A program made the position numbers and the translations under genes. A DNA stretch of 64,000 nucleotides from Thermoplasmatota archaeon (lineage in GTDB: Archaea; Thermoplasmatota; E2; JACPAO01; JAHFTW01), in NCBI GenBank assembly GCA_038046725.1, contig JBBSVQ010000011.1, forward strand, positions 243-64,242. The letters run 5' to 3'. Numbering within the stretch: position 1 is the first letter of the stretch; every line of letters starts with the position of its first letter. Of the stretch, positions 1 to 7,928 are shown in pieces. The notes under the pieces were generated by a model. That model searched no databases and was not told the DNA's origin. It saw nothing but the letters and a program-made list of their open reading frames with translations.

Positions 1-167
1 GGGCGGGCCTCCTGCTTCTCTTCCTGCACGACGCGCGCCTTGCCGGAGGCCTCGCTGCGAACCACGTTGGCTGCGCCGGGGCCGTCCGAGCTCCAACCGC
101 ACTTTTTGCAGACCATCTTGCCGCCAGTCGGGTAGACCAGGGATTTGCACTGTCCGCAGAACGCCAC
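1..167 (-). CDS. tfs: Transcription factor S / RNAP subunit M-like protein, N-terminal zinc ribbon (5' part only; gene runs off the left edge)
   Basis: My translation of the minus strand from GTG at 167 (in-frame TAA just upstream) gives VAFCGQCKSLVYPTGGKMVCKKCGWSSDGPGAANV... This is a CxxC...CxxC ribbon like the N-terminus of archaeal TFS/RpoM. It is truncated by the window edge and absent from the ORF track. Confidence 0.5.
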   Translation of the reverse strand, partial: MAFCGQCKSLVYPTGGKMVCKKCGWSSDGPGAANVVRSEASGKARVVQEEKQEAR

Positions 168-264
168 GGGGTGGCCAGGCGGGTCCGCTTCTTCAGGTTA
201 GGGGGCCGGGCCCCATGGGCCGACCGGTGGGACGAGCCCCGCGCATGAGGCGGACGGCGTCCGC

Positions 265-1035
265 TCAGCGCCGCAGGACGTTGGCGCCGCCGAGGGCGCG
301 GATGGCTTCTGCGACCCGCCTGGAGGTGTCCTGCTCGGCGCGCAGGTATTCCGTCGCGGTGGCGTCCTGGATGAAGGAGGCGACGAGGTGGCGCACCTTG
401 CGAAACGGCCCCACGCCCCGCATACGTGGCGTCGCCGTCATGTCGATGTCCGACATGGCGGGAACGGCGACCTTGCGGCGCTTGGTGGGCGCGGCGACCT
501 TCTTGGGGTTGTGCAGGACCGGCTCGAGGTTTCCGTAGCCGAACATGCGTCCGAAGGGGCTCTGGCGGGCGTCGACGTCGAGGACGGCGTCGTAGTGCAC
601 GGTCCAGCCTTCGCGTTCCCACAATCCGCCGTGGTGCAGGATGCGCAGGTTGGTGAGGTTGTAGGCGCGCAGGCGGCGGTCGGTCTCGGTCAGGAGGAAC
701 GCCATGAGGCCGGCGAGGGCGAGGGCGCCGGAGATGGCCTCCGCCTGCTTCGAGACGGCGACCAGGGCGCAGCTGCCGGCCGTGAGGACGCCGAGCCCGA
801 GGCGCATGTAGCGCCGCCGCGGCAGGAACAGGGCCACGCAGGCTAGCGCGGGGACCGCGAAGGCGAGGAGGGCTTTGGTGCCGAGGCCTTCGCCGGCGAG
901 GCGAGGGGCCCAGAGCAATGCGGCCCCCCATCCGGCCCATGCCAAGGCGAGGAGGTAGCGGCCGAGCCAGGCGCCCGGGGAGGGGCGCAGGCGAACCAGC
1001 TCCTTCTCGCCGGGGAGCAGTCGCATGCGGGCCAT
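265..1035 (-). CDS. Membrane protein with bacterial-type PH domain (bPH_2, YdbS/YdbT-like)
   Basis: Starts at the inner ATG (MARMRLLPGEKELVRLRPS...) of ORF 265..1809. The upstream part of that ORF is S/R/P-rich and overlaps the next gene. Hydrophobic helices are followed by RRLRAYNLTNLRILHHGGLWEREGWTVHYDAVLDVDARQSPFGRMFGYGNLE, a YdbS/T-type PH pattern. Confidence 0.6.
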   Translation of the reverse strand: MARMRLLPGEKELVRLRPSPGAWLGRYLLALAWAGWGAALLWAPRLAGEGLGTKALLAFAVPALACVALFLPRRRYMRLGLGVLTAGSCALVAVSKQAEAISGALALAGLMAFLLTETDRRLRAYNLTNLRILHHGGLWEREGWTVHYDAVLDVDARQSPFGRMFGYGNLEPVLHNPKKVAAPTKRRKVAVPAMSDIDMTATPRMRGVGPFRKVRHLVASFIQDATATEYLRAEQDTSRRVAEAIRALGGANVLRR

Positions 1036-1100
1036 GGCCTGGCGACGCTGGGGCAAGGGAATGAGCGTTTCCTTCGGCGCGCGCCCGCACACCGGGCTAT

Positions 1101-1158
1101 CCACTGAACCCACTGAACGCACTGAACCGAATTCAGTGGGTTCAGTGCCTTCAGTGGA
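1101..1158. repeat. Segmented foldback: CACTGAA x3, 5-nt loop, TTCAGTG x3
   Basis: Read directly. CACTGAA occurs at 1102, 1111 and 1120. TTCAGTG occurs at 1132, 1141 and 1150. This gives three 7-bp helices with 2-nt internal loops, centred near GAATTC (1129-1134). Confidence 0.85.
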
Positions 1159-1168
1159 TTGTTTTTGT

Positions 1169-2149
1169 CTAGCGGGTACGGCGCGGCATGACCTGGCCGA
1201 GCACGAGGGCGACGAGCAGCCAGGCGCCGACGCTGAGGCCGTTGAGTTCCAGGATGGAGGCGGGCCAGTCCATGAGGCGGCCGAGGACCTGCACGGCGAC
1301 GAACATCGTCGGCCCCAGCCACGCGACCACCGCCGAGGCGCGGCCGTCGAGGCCGGCCAGGCCCCAGAAGGCGGCCCCGAACAAGGCCAGCACGATGCCG
1401 GTGAGCGCCACGGCCCAGACGGCCTCCATGGGGTGCCAGTACGCTGAAGGGAACCACTCGCGTGCGGCGAAGAACGCGCCGTAGACGATGGCGACGAAGC
1501 ACACGAATGGGATCGGGTTTCGACGGATGGTCTGGCGCAGCGCCGCAATGTCTCCGGCGTCGCCCTTGCCGTGGAAGCGGCTCTTGACGTGGCTGGGTCG
1601 CGAGCCGGGCGCGCCGAGCAGGATGAGCGCAAGGACGAGGGCCTGGCGCCAATCCGCGAGGTCGAGGCGCGCGATGGCGAGGGCGAGGTCGCGTGGCAGC
1701 TCGACGAAGAACGGCCGCAGGGCCTCGCCGAAGCCGTCCAGCGAGTCGGGGCCGACGAAGAACGGGATGTCGAGCACGTCCAGGCCGACGGTGAGCGCGA
1801 CGAGGACAAGGGCGGGCGGGATGAAGAGCGGCGCGAGGGCGGCGACGAGGAACGTCAGCGTCCACACGCCGCCCCGCATGCGCGACGGCAACACGTGCCC
1901 TTCCTCGACGCCGGCCCGGAACTCCTTGACGCCGTGGCCGGACAGCAGCAGAACGCTGGCGTGCGACACCTCATGCAGGAACGTGCCGAACCAGGACACG
2001 ATGGCGTACAGCCACTTCTGGTCCCAATGCCGGTCGAGGACGAGCAGGCTGCGGCGCAGCGCTTCGACGGACATGGTCTGCAGGCGCCACAGCACCCAGA
2101 TGAGGACGATGGGGATGGCGGCGGCGACGAACGGCTGCCAGTCGGCCAT
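1169..2149 (-). CDS. Polytopic membrane protein with HExxH motif (putative zinc metalloprotease, DUF3267-like)
   Basis: ORF 1169..2197, with MADWQPF (ATG at 2149) as the likely start. It has multiple hydrophobic segments and the motif FLHEVSHASVLLLSGHG. Confidence 0.55.
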   Translation of the reverse strand: MADWQPFVAAAIPIVLIWVLWRLQTMSVEALRRSLLVLDRHWDQKWLYAIVSWFGTFLHEVSHASVLLLSGHGVKEFRAGVEEGHVLPSRMRGGVWTLTFLVAALAPLFIPPALVLVALTVGLDVLDIPFFVGPDSLDGFGEALRPFFVELPRDLALAIARLDLADWRQALVLALILLGAPGSRPSHVKSRFHGKGDAGDIAALRQTIRRNPIPFVCFVAIVYGAFFAAREWFPSAYWHPMEAVWAVALTGIVLALFGAAFWGLAGLDGRASAVVAWLGPTMFVAVQVLGRLMDWPASILELNGLSVGAWLLVALVLGQVMPRRTR

Positions 2150-2173
2150 GCTAGCGCCTCGCGGGACCGACGG

Positions 2174-2259
2174 AACCACGAATTGCACGAACCGCACGAA
2201 CCGACTGGACCGCGCCGACCGACGCGTCCGTTTCGTGCACCTTCGTGAAATTCGTGGTT
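2174..2259. repeat. Segmented foldback: CACGAA x3, 31-nt loop, TTCGTG x3
   Basis: CACGAA occurs at 2177, 2186 and 2195. TTCGTG occurs at 2232, 2242 and 2251. The outer AACC/GGTT closes the structure. It lies between the JAMM gene stop (2279) and the HExxH gene start (2149). Confidence 0.8.
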
Positions 2260-2278
2260 GGACCGTCGCGGCTGCGCG

Positions 2279-2830
2279 TCACGGAACGACCTCGAGGAAC
2301 GTCGGTACACCCGTGTGGTCGTACGCCCGCCAATCGTCGGGCCCGTACGGCTCGCACAGGATCAGGTGGATGGCGCCCTCCTTGTCGAACAGCTCGAAGT
2401 CGGCGTCCGAGGGGTACGGGTGGCGGTCGGGGTGGCTGTGCAGGGTCCCGTTGACGGTGCGGTCCACGGGCATCATCTGGAACGGGATGATGGCATGCGC
2501 GTCGCCTTGCACGGTGCCGGGCAGCATGACGAGTTCCGTGATGGTGTCTCCTTTAACGCGCAGCAGGCCCGCGAACTCCTGCGGATGCGACGCCCGGGAC
2601 GCCTTGAGGGCGAGGTCGAGGACGGAGCGCTTGACCTTGCTGAACGTCGGGTGCTCGAAGGTGTCGCGGCTCCAGCGCTCCCACTCGGCCCAGTACTCCG
2701 TGTCCGTGCACGTGGCCCAGAAGTGGTCCCATTCGTCATCCGTCCATTCGTCGGTGTGGCGCGTGCGGTAGTCGGCGCGGATCTCGCGCCACTTGCCCTT
2801 CCTCCCGAACAGGCGACCGAAGAACCCCAT
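2279..2830 (-). CDS. JAMM/MPN+ family metalloprotease with a Trp/Asp/Glu-rich N-terminal extension
   Basis: ORF track. The JAMM motif reads HPQEF...GTLHSHPDRHPYPSDADF (E...HxH...S..D). The N-terminus is DEWTDDEWDHFWATCTDTEYWAEWERW. Confidence 0.75.
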   Translation of the reverse strand: MGFFGRLFGRKGKWREIRADYRTRHTDEWTDDEWDHFWATCTDTEYWAEWERWSRDTFEHPTFSKVKRSVLDLALKASRASHPQEFAGLLRVKGDTITELVMLPGTVQGDAHAIIPFQMMPVDRTVNGTLHSHPDRHPYPSDADFELFDKEGAIHLILCEPYGPDDWRAYDHTGVPTFLEVVP

Positions 2831-2833
2831 GGG

Positions 2834-4522
2834 TCACCGCGTCAGTTTGGTGCGCACGCGTTCGTAGTATCCCGAGCCCAGGCGCACGAAACGGGCCTTG
2901 CGCTGCGACGGCCCGATGCGCACCGACTGCCCTGGGGTCACGGGGAAGCCGTGCTGGCCGTCGATGACGACACGAGCCTGCTTCTCGCCCGCCGCCGAGT
3001 CGCGTTCCAGCAGGGTCAGTTCCACGGTCGCGTCGGCGGGGACGATCCACGGGCGGGCAGCGAGTCGGAAGGGTGCAATGGGGGCCAGCACGGTCCCGGG
3101 CACGAGGGGGTGCATCAGTGGCCCGCCAACCGACATGGCGTATCCCGTCGACCCCGTCGCCGTGGACACGATGATGCCGTCACCGCGCAGGGTGTCGAGC
3201 ACTTCGCCGGAGACCGCGATGCGGAACTGGATGAGCTTCGCGATGCGGCTGGTCTGCAACGTGACCTCGTTGCACGCGTCCGGCAGGCGTTCGTCGCCGA
3301 GCCAGGCGGACAGCTTGTCGCGCTCTTCGACGTTGTAGTCGCCGCGGATGACTTGGTCGATGGCCGACGTCGCCTGCGGGGGTTCGACCTCGCACAGGAA
3401 CCCGATGGCGCCGGCGTTGACGCCGAGGATGGGCTTGTCCGTGATGCCCTGCACGAAGAGGATGGTGCCGTCGCCGCCGACGGTGAGGAACAGGTCCGCC
3501 TTGGCGTCGAGTTGCGCGAGCGTCTGGCTGGCGTGCTTGGTCCCCACTGCGAGCTTGGTCTCGAGCAGCACCTTTTGTCCCTTGGATTTCAGGTGGTCCG
3601 CGAGGCGCTGCGCCTCCTTGCGCACGTGCGCCACGGACCCTTTGCCGACGATGGCCCAGACGAGGGGGCGGTCGGCGGGGAATGGCGTTGACATGCGGCC
3701 CGACGGCGTGCGGCGGACGACGGGGGCTCGCACGGCCTCCAGGGCCTGCGGGTTGTTGGCGGCGATGAGGCCGGCGCGCGCGGTCATGTCGAGCGGCATG
3801 TCGAGGCCACGGCCCGTGGCGGGGTCGATGACGGTGCCTCCAGCCTCCCGGCAGAAGAGCGTCGCGGCGGCGATGTCGATGACGCGCAGCCACGGCTTGC
3901 GCACCAGGAACGCGTCCATCGCTCCCGTCCCGACGAGGCACAACTCGAGGGCGGCGGAGCCCAGGTCGCGGATGTGGTGGCCGCGGCGGGCGTGCGCCTC
4001 CTCGATCTCGGTCGAGGCGTAGTCCGCAATCATGCCGACGATGACTTCACGGGAATCGAATTTCCCCCGCTTCACGGGAGCACCGTTGGCGAAGGCGCCC
4101 TTGCCCTTGACCGCGGTGTACAGGTCGCCGGTGACCAGGTTCTGCACGACGCCGGCCTCGATGTCGGCGAGGCGGCCGTCCTTGCCGGCGGGACCGATGG
4201 CCACCGACGTGCAGTGGAACGGGATGCCGCGCCCTGCGTTGCGCGAGCCGTCCAAGGGGTCCACGACGGCCATGCGGCGCGAACCTTTCTGCGGCACGAG
4301 GCCGGCTTCCTCGGAGAGCACGGACAACTTGAGGCCCTTCGCCGCCGCGAGGATGGCGTCCTCGAGGACCTTGTCGGCGCGGCTGGTCGGGTTGCCGCCG
4401 GCGCCATTGCCGACCTTGTCGTGGCGGCGCGGGTCCGCCTTGACGTCGCCCCAGGCCTTGAACGCGGCGTCGGCCAGGGTGCGGGCCATGCCGAGGGGGT
4501 CCACGGGCGGCGATGGGGGCAT
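2834..4522 (-). CDS. nadK: Bifunctional inositol-monophosphatase-family NADP phosphatase / NAD kinase
   Basis: The N-terminal half resembles IMPase/SuhB (SVLSEEAGLV, VVDPLDGSRN). The C-terminal half is an NAD kinase (FLTVGGDGTILF, ...STATGSTGYAMS). The same fusion is known from Methanocaldococcus MJ0917. An alternative start is the ATG at 4489. Confidence 0.85.
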   Translation of the reverse strand: MPPSPPVDPLGMARTLADAAFKAWGDVKADPRRHDKVGNGAGGNPTSRADKVLEDAILAAAKGLKLSVLSEEAGLVPQKGSRRMAVVDPLDGSRNAGRGIPFHCTSVAIGPAGKDGRLADIEAGVVQNLVTGDLYTAVKGKGAFANGAPVKRGKFDSREVIVGMIADYASTEIEEAHARRGHHIRDLGSAALELCLVGTGAMDAFLVRKPWLRVIDIAAATLFCREAGGTVIDPATGRGLDMPLDMTARAGLIAANNPQALEAVRAPVVRRTPSGRMSTPFPADRPLVWAIVGKGSVAHVRKEAQRLADHLKSKGQKVLLETKLAVGTKHASQTLAQLDAKADLFLTVGGDGTILFVQGITDKPILGVNAGAIGFLCEVEPPQATSAIDQVIRGDYNVEERDKLSAWLGDERLPDACNEVTLQTSRIAKLIQFRIAVSGEVLDTLRGDGIIVSTATGSTGYAMSVGGPLMHPLVPGTVLAPIAPFRLAARPWIVPADATVELTLLERDSAAGEKQARVVIDGQHGFPVTPGQSVRIGPSQRKARFVRLGSGYYERVRTKLTR

Positions 4523-4541
4523 GGGGGGTTTAGGTCTTCGG

Positions 4542-4610
4542 CGACCTTCAAACGAAGGTCGATTACGTTGGGTGACGGCCGACCTTCGAACGAAGGTCGA
4601 TCACGTTGGA
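4542..4610 (+). repeat. Two tandem copies of the dispersed hairpin CGACCTTC-RAAC-GAAGGTCG + ATYACGTTGG ('S family')
   Basis: Copies lie at 4542-4571 and 4580-4610. Further copies lie at 47469-47500 and, inverted, at 59148-59178. Confidence 0.9.
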
Positions 4611-4790
4611 CTGCACTAGGGGGCCTGCGGCCCCCTGACACAGGCCTGCCCTGCAACCTGCGGGCCTCGCGGCGCTCGGCCCCCGGGGAGAACCCGTTCG
4701 GCGCCGGCCGCTTCGCGAGCCGGCGGCCAATCCACGCGCTTTCCTCGCACGAGGCAAACCTCTATCGCGGGCACCTGCACACCAGCCCTT

Positions 4791-5714
4791 GTGCCCACGG
4801 ACGCCGACACCCGCTCCAAGGGAGCGCACTACCTCGACGCCGACCACCACGCCGTCGTCGAGTTCGTCAAGGCGGCGGCGCTCAAGCCTGGGGAAACCGT
4901 CCTCGACGCCGGCGCGGGGCGCGGCGCCCTGACGGGACGAATCTGCGACGCGGTGGCCCCCGGCGGGACCGTCGTCGCCGTCGAAACGCAACAGGACCTC
5001 GTCTTCCGCCTCAAGCGCCTGGCCAAGCCTGGCCTCCAAGTCATCCAGGGCGACATCCTCGCCGTCCGACTGCCCGTGCCGCTCGATGCCGTCGTGGCCA
5101 ATCCGCCGTACCGCATCCTGCCCGCCATCCTGCGCCGCCTGCTGGCGCACGGCTTCGGCCGCGCCGTCCTCGTGGTGCCCCTGGAACTCGCGGAGCGCCT
5201 CGTGGCCCAACCCAAGTCGGACAATTACGGCCGGCTCACCATCGAGATCGCCATGCAAGCCAAGGTGGAGCGCCTGTTCGCCATGCCCAAGCGCGCCTTC
5301 GACCCCGTCCCCGCCGTCGCGTCCGTCGTCATCCGCGTCACGCCCAAGCCAGGCAGGCCCATGGACGGCATCGACGCCAAGGTCCTGGACCACGTCCTGG
5401 ACGCGGCCTGGGACGGACGCACCAAGACGCTGCGGCACGCTTTGTCCCCGCTCGACAAGGTCCTCGGCGTCCCGCCGCAGGACATCTCGGAAGCCCTCGC
5501 CATGGTCAACGGCCAGGAGCGCCGCTTCACCGAGGTCTCGCCGTGGGAGTGGAGCGTCGTGGCCAAGCACCTGAGCGCTTGCACCGAGGCCCGCAAGGCC
5601 GCGCGCACCGCGGTGAAGGACGCACGCAAGGAATCGGAGCGCGTCGCACGCAGGGAAGCGGACCTCGCACGCGCGCCCAAGGCCGACGACGTGGCCGACG
5701 CGGACCTGAACTAG
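4791..5714 (+). CDS. rsmA: 16S/18S rRNA adenine dimethyltransferase (KsgA/RsmA/Dim1)
   Basis: ORF track, GTG start. The SAM motif is VLDAGAGRGALT, and the NPPY motif is VVANPPYRI. The C-terminus is charged. Confidence 0.85.
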   Translation: MPTDADTRSKGAHYLDADHHAVVEFVKAAALKPGETVLDAGAGRGALTGRICDAVAPGGTVVAVETQQDLVFRLKRLAKPGLQVIQGDILAVRLPVPLDAVVANPPYRILPAILRRLLAHGFGRAVLVVPLELAERLVAQPKSDNYGRLTIEIAMQAKVERLFAMPKRAFDPVPAVASVVIRVTPKPGRPMDGIDAKVLDHVLDAAWDGRTKTLRHALSPLDKVLGVPPQDISEALAMVNGQERRFTEVSPWEWSVVAKHLSACTEARKAARTAVKDARKESERVARREADLARAPKADDVADADLN

Positions 5715-5724
5715 GCGCTTCCCT

Positions 5725-6126
5725 CTAGCCCAGGCGCGTGGTCGGCGGCGGGGGCGGGCAGGCCCAGCACGGCGGCAGGCGCGGGTAGCAGTCCACCCAG
5801 TGGCCCATCGTCCAGCCGACGCACACGACGCCCGCGCAGCGCGAGCCGCCCGTGTTGTACGCGTCGCCGTAGACGCACAAGGCCACGTTCGCGTCCGTCG
5901 CGCGCCCGTTGACGCACGTCGTGCAGTCGCCGACGCACGTCTCCCAGTCCTCGTTCGAGTACCCCGTGCATGCGACACCGTCGCAACCGCTGCTGGGCCC
6001 CTGCTGGTTGTTGTACACGTCGGCCACGCACAGGGCCACGCCGTTGTCCACGGTGGGCTTGGCGTCAGCGGACGGGGCGATTGACAGCAGGAGCAGGGCC
6101 GCAAGGGCCAGGGTCAGGATGCGCAT
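5725..6126 (-). CDS. Small secreted cysteine-rich protein
   Basis: Starts at the inner ATG of ORF 5725..6162. The signal peptide is MRILTLALAALLLLSIAPSADA. The mature part has about 14 Cys and a PPPPP tail. Confidence 0.55.
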   Translation of the reverse strand: MRILTLALAALLLLSIAPSADAKPTVDNGVALCVADVYNNQQGPSSGCDGVACTGYSNEDWETCVGDCTTCVNGRATDANVALCVYGDAYNTGGSRCAGVVCVGWTMGHWVDCYPRLPPCWACPPPPPTTRLG

Positions 6127-6238
6127 GGGAAACCCGCAGCGCCATCCTGGCCCGGGCATCAAGGGCTTGCGCGGCGGTCCCCAATTGCCGAAGCCAAGTC
6201 CTGCCGCGCAGCAGCCCGGCCTTCGGTGTCCCGGAGCG

Positions 6239-7864
6239 TCATGGGAAGCCGAAGAGGAACATGACGAGTGCCGCGAGCGGGATTACGGCGACAACCAGCA
6301 GCACGAGAAGGACCGACCGCAACGTCAGGCTCGAATGTGGGCCGAACATCGGTTCCGGCGCCGGCAGCCCGCGCTCCTTCGCTTCGCGCACGAGCCGCAT
6401 GCGGTAGAACAAGTAGACGGGGATGCCCGCGAGCACGATGGCGAAGGCCGCGATGCGGTTGTAGTTCGAGCCCGAGAAGTGCGTCACCTGCTGGTAGACA
6501 AGGTAGCCGACGAAGGTCGCGCTCGCCACGATGAACAGGATGGGCACGACGGGGTAGAACGGCACCTTGTACGGCCGCGGCAACTCGGGGTGCGTGCGCC
6601 GCAGCACAAGCAGGCCCACGGCGGCGAGGGCGTAGAACATGAACGAGATGAACACCACGTTGTCCGTGAGCTCGTTGAAGTCGAACAGCAGAACGAACAC
6701 GATGGCGAGGACGGCTTGCGCCCAAATGGCGCGCCCGGGGACGTGGTGGCGGTTCGTGGTGCCGAAGACGCGCGGGAACAGGCGGTCGCGGCTCATGGCG
6801 TAGTAGATGCGCGGTCCCGAGATTGTGATGCCGTTCAGGCTGCCGAGGACGGAGAGGAGGATGATGCAGGCGACGAAGTCCGCGCCTCCCCCGCCGAAGA
6901 GCACGTGCGCCGCATCGGTGGCGACGGTCTTCTGCGACGTCGCGAAGCCCTCGAAGCCGAGCACGTTGAGGTAGCCCAACGAGAGGAGCGTGTACAGCAG
7001 CATCACGGCGCCAAGTCCGAGCAGCATGGCCTTGGGCAGGTTGCGGTGCGGGTCGCGCAACTCGGAGCCGACGCGCACGACGTTCGTCCAGCCGTCGTAC
7101 GCGAACAGGGCGGCCACCATGGAGAGGCCGAGGAAGCCGCCGAGGCTGAACCCGTCCGCGGCGCGGGTGCCCTCGATGTGCGCCTGCTCGAAGAAGCCGA
7201 CGTCGGGAGTCTTGGGGTCACCGAGATAGAGGAGGGCCGCGCCGGCGAGCAGGACCATGAGGCTGCCCTTGACGACGGTGAGGCCCTTCTGCACGTCGCC
7301 GCCCATCTTGAGGCCGAAGTAGTTGAGGATGGACAGCAGCAGGATGACGGCCGCGGCCGTGACCTGCACGCCGCCCACTGCGATGTGGAAGCCGCCGCCC
7401 TGACCGGGGTCCCAATCAACCCAGGCCCTGGCCAGGAACCCATCGGGCTTGAGGCGGTTGAGTTGCTCGGCGAAGATGACGGCAAGCGCGGCTGCGGAGC
7501 CGGCGAGGTTGATGGTGAACGCCGTCCACCCGGACAGGAACGCCAAGAGGGAGCCGAGGCCTTCGCGCAGGAAGACGTACTCGCCGCCGGCCTTGGGGAA
7601 CAGGACGCCGAGTTCCGCGTAGGTCAAGGCGCCCATGAGCGTGAGCGCGCCACCGACGAGCCACACGAGGACGATGAGCCAGGGCGAGCCCGTGCCGTCG
7701 GCAACGCGGTTGACGCCGAGGAAGATGCCGGAGCCGATGACGATGCCCACGATCATCGAGACGGCGCCGAAGAGGTTGAGCTCCCGGCGCAGGCCGTCGG
7801 TGGAGGTCGCGGCAGGGGCGGGGGCGCCATCGGGGGCGTCGTCGGGCACGGCGACCTTGACCAT
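6239..7864 (-). CDS. APC-superfamily amino acid permease
   Basis: ORF 6239..8017. The start is set at MVKVAVPDD (ATG 7864), because the first 51 codons are R-rich and run through the H-family hairpin. It contains GIVIGSGIFLG, ...YAELGVLFPKAGGEYVFLREGLG and about 12 TM segments. Confidence 0.85.
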   Translation of the reverse strand: MVKVAVPDDAPDGAPAPAATSTDGLRRELNLFGAVSMIVGIVIGSGIFLGVNRVADGTGSPWLIVLVWLVGGALTLMGALTYAELGVLFPKAGGEYVFLREGLGSLLAFLSGWTAFTINLAGSAAALAVIFAEQLNRLKPDGFLARAWVDWDPGQGGGFHIAVGGVQVTAAAVILLLSILNYFGLKMGGDVQKGLTVVKGSLMVLLAGAALLYLGDPKTPDVGFFEQAHIEGTRAADGFSLGGFLGLSMVAALFAYDGWTNVVRVGSELRDPHRNLPKAMLLGLGAVMLLYTLLSLGYLNVLGFEGFATSQKTVATDAAHVLFGGGGADFVACIILLSVLGSLNGITISGPRIYYAMSRDRLFPRVFGTTNRHHVPGRAIWAQAVLAIVFVLLFDFNELTDNVVFISFMFYALAAVGLLVLRRTHPELPRPYKVPFYPVVPILFIVASATFVGYLVYQQVTHFSGSNYNRIAAFAIVLAGIPVYLFYRMRLVREAKERGLPAPEPMFGPHSSLTLRSVLLVLLVVAVIPLAALVMFLFGFP

Positions 7865-7928
7865 GGGCCGCTTCGCATGGCGGCGGCGCGCATTTGACGG
7901 TTCCCTTCGCGCCCGACTTCGACCAGCA

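Noticed and set aside
1101-1158. Replication origin (the TTCAGTGG words resemble the TCCAGTGGAAA core of archaeal ORB boxes; family-B termini carry a G-string)
   Set aside because: There is no orc1/cdc6 gene and no AT-rich unwinding element nearby. The words differ from locus to locus, and the elements sit at gene 3' ends.
215-1865. Several 100-500-aa ORFs overlapping the PH-domain and HExxH genes (215..538, 388..846, 843..1865, the long form of 265..1809)
   Set aside because: They are R/S/P/A-rich and mutually overlapping. Each is explained as an alternate frame of the two membrane-protein genes.
4542-4610. CRISPR array
   Set aside because: There are only two adjacent copies, separated by 8 nt. 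The other copies are tens of kb away, and there are no unique spacers of regular length and no cas genes.
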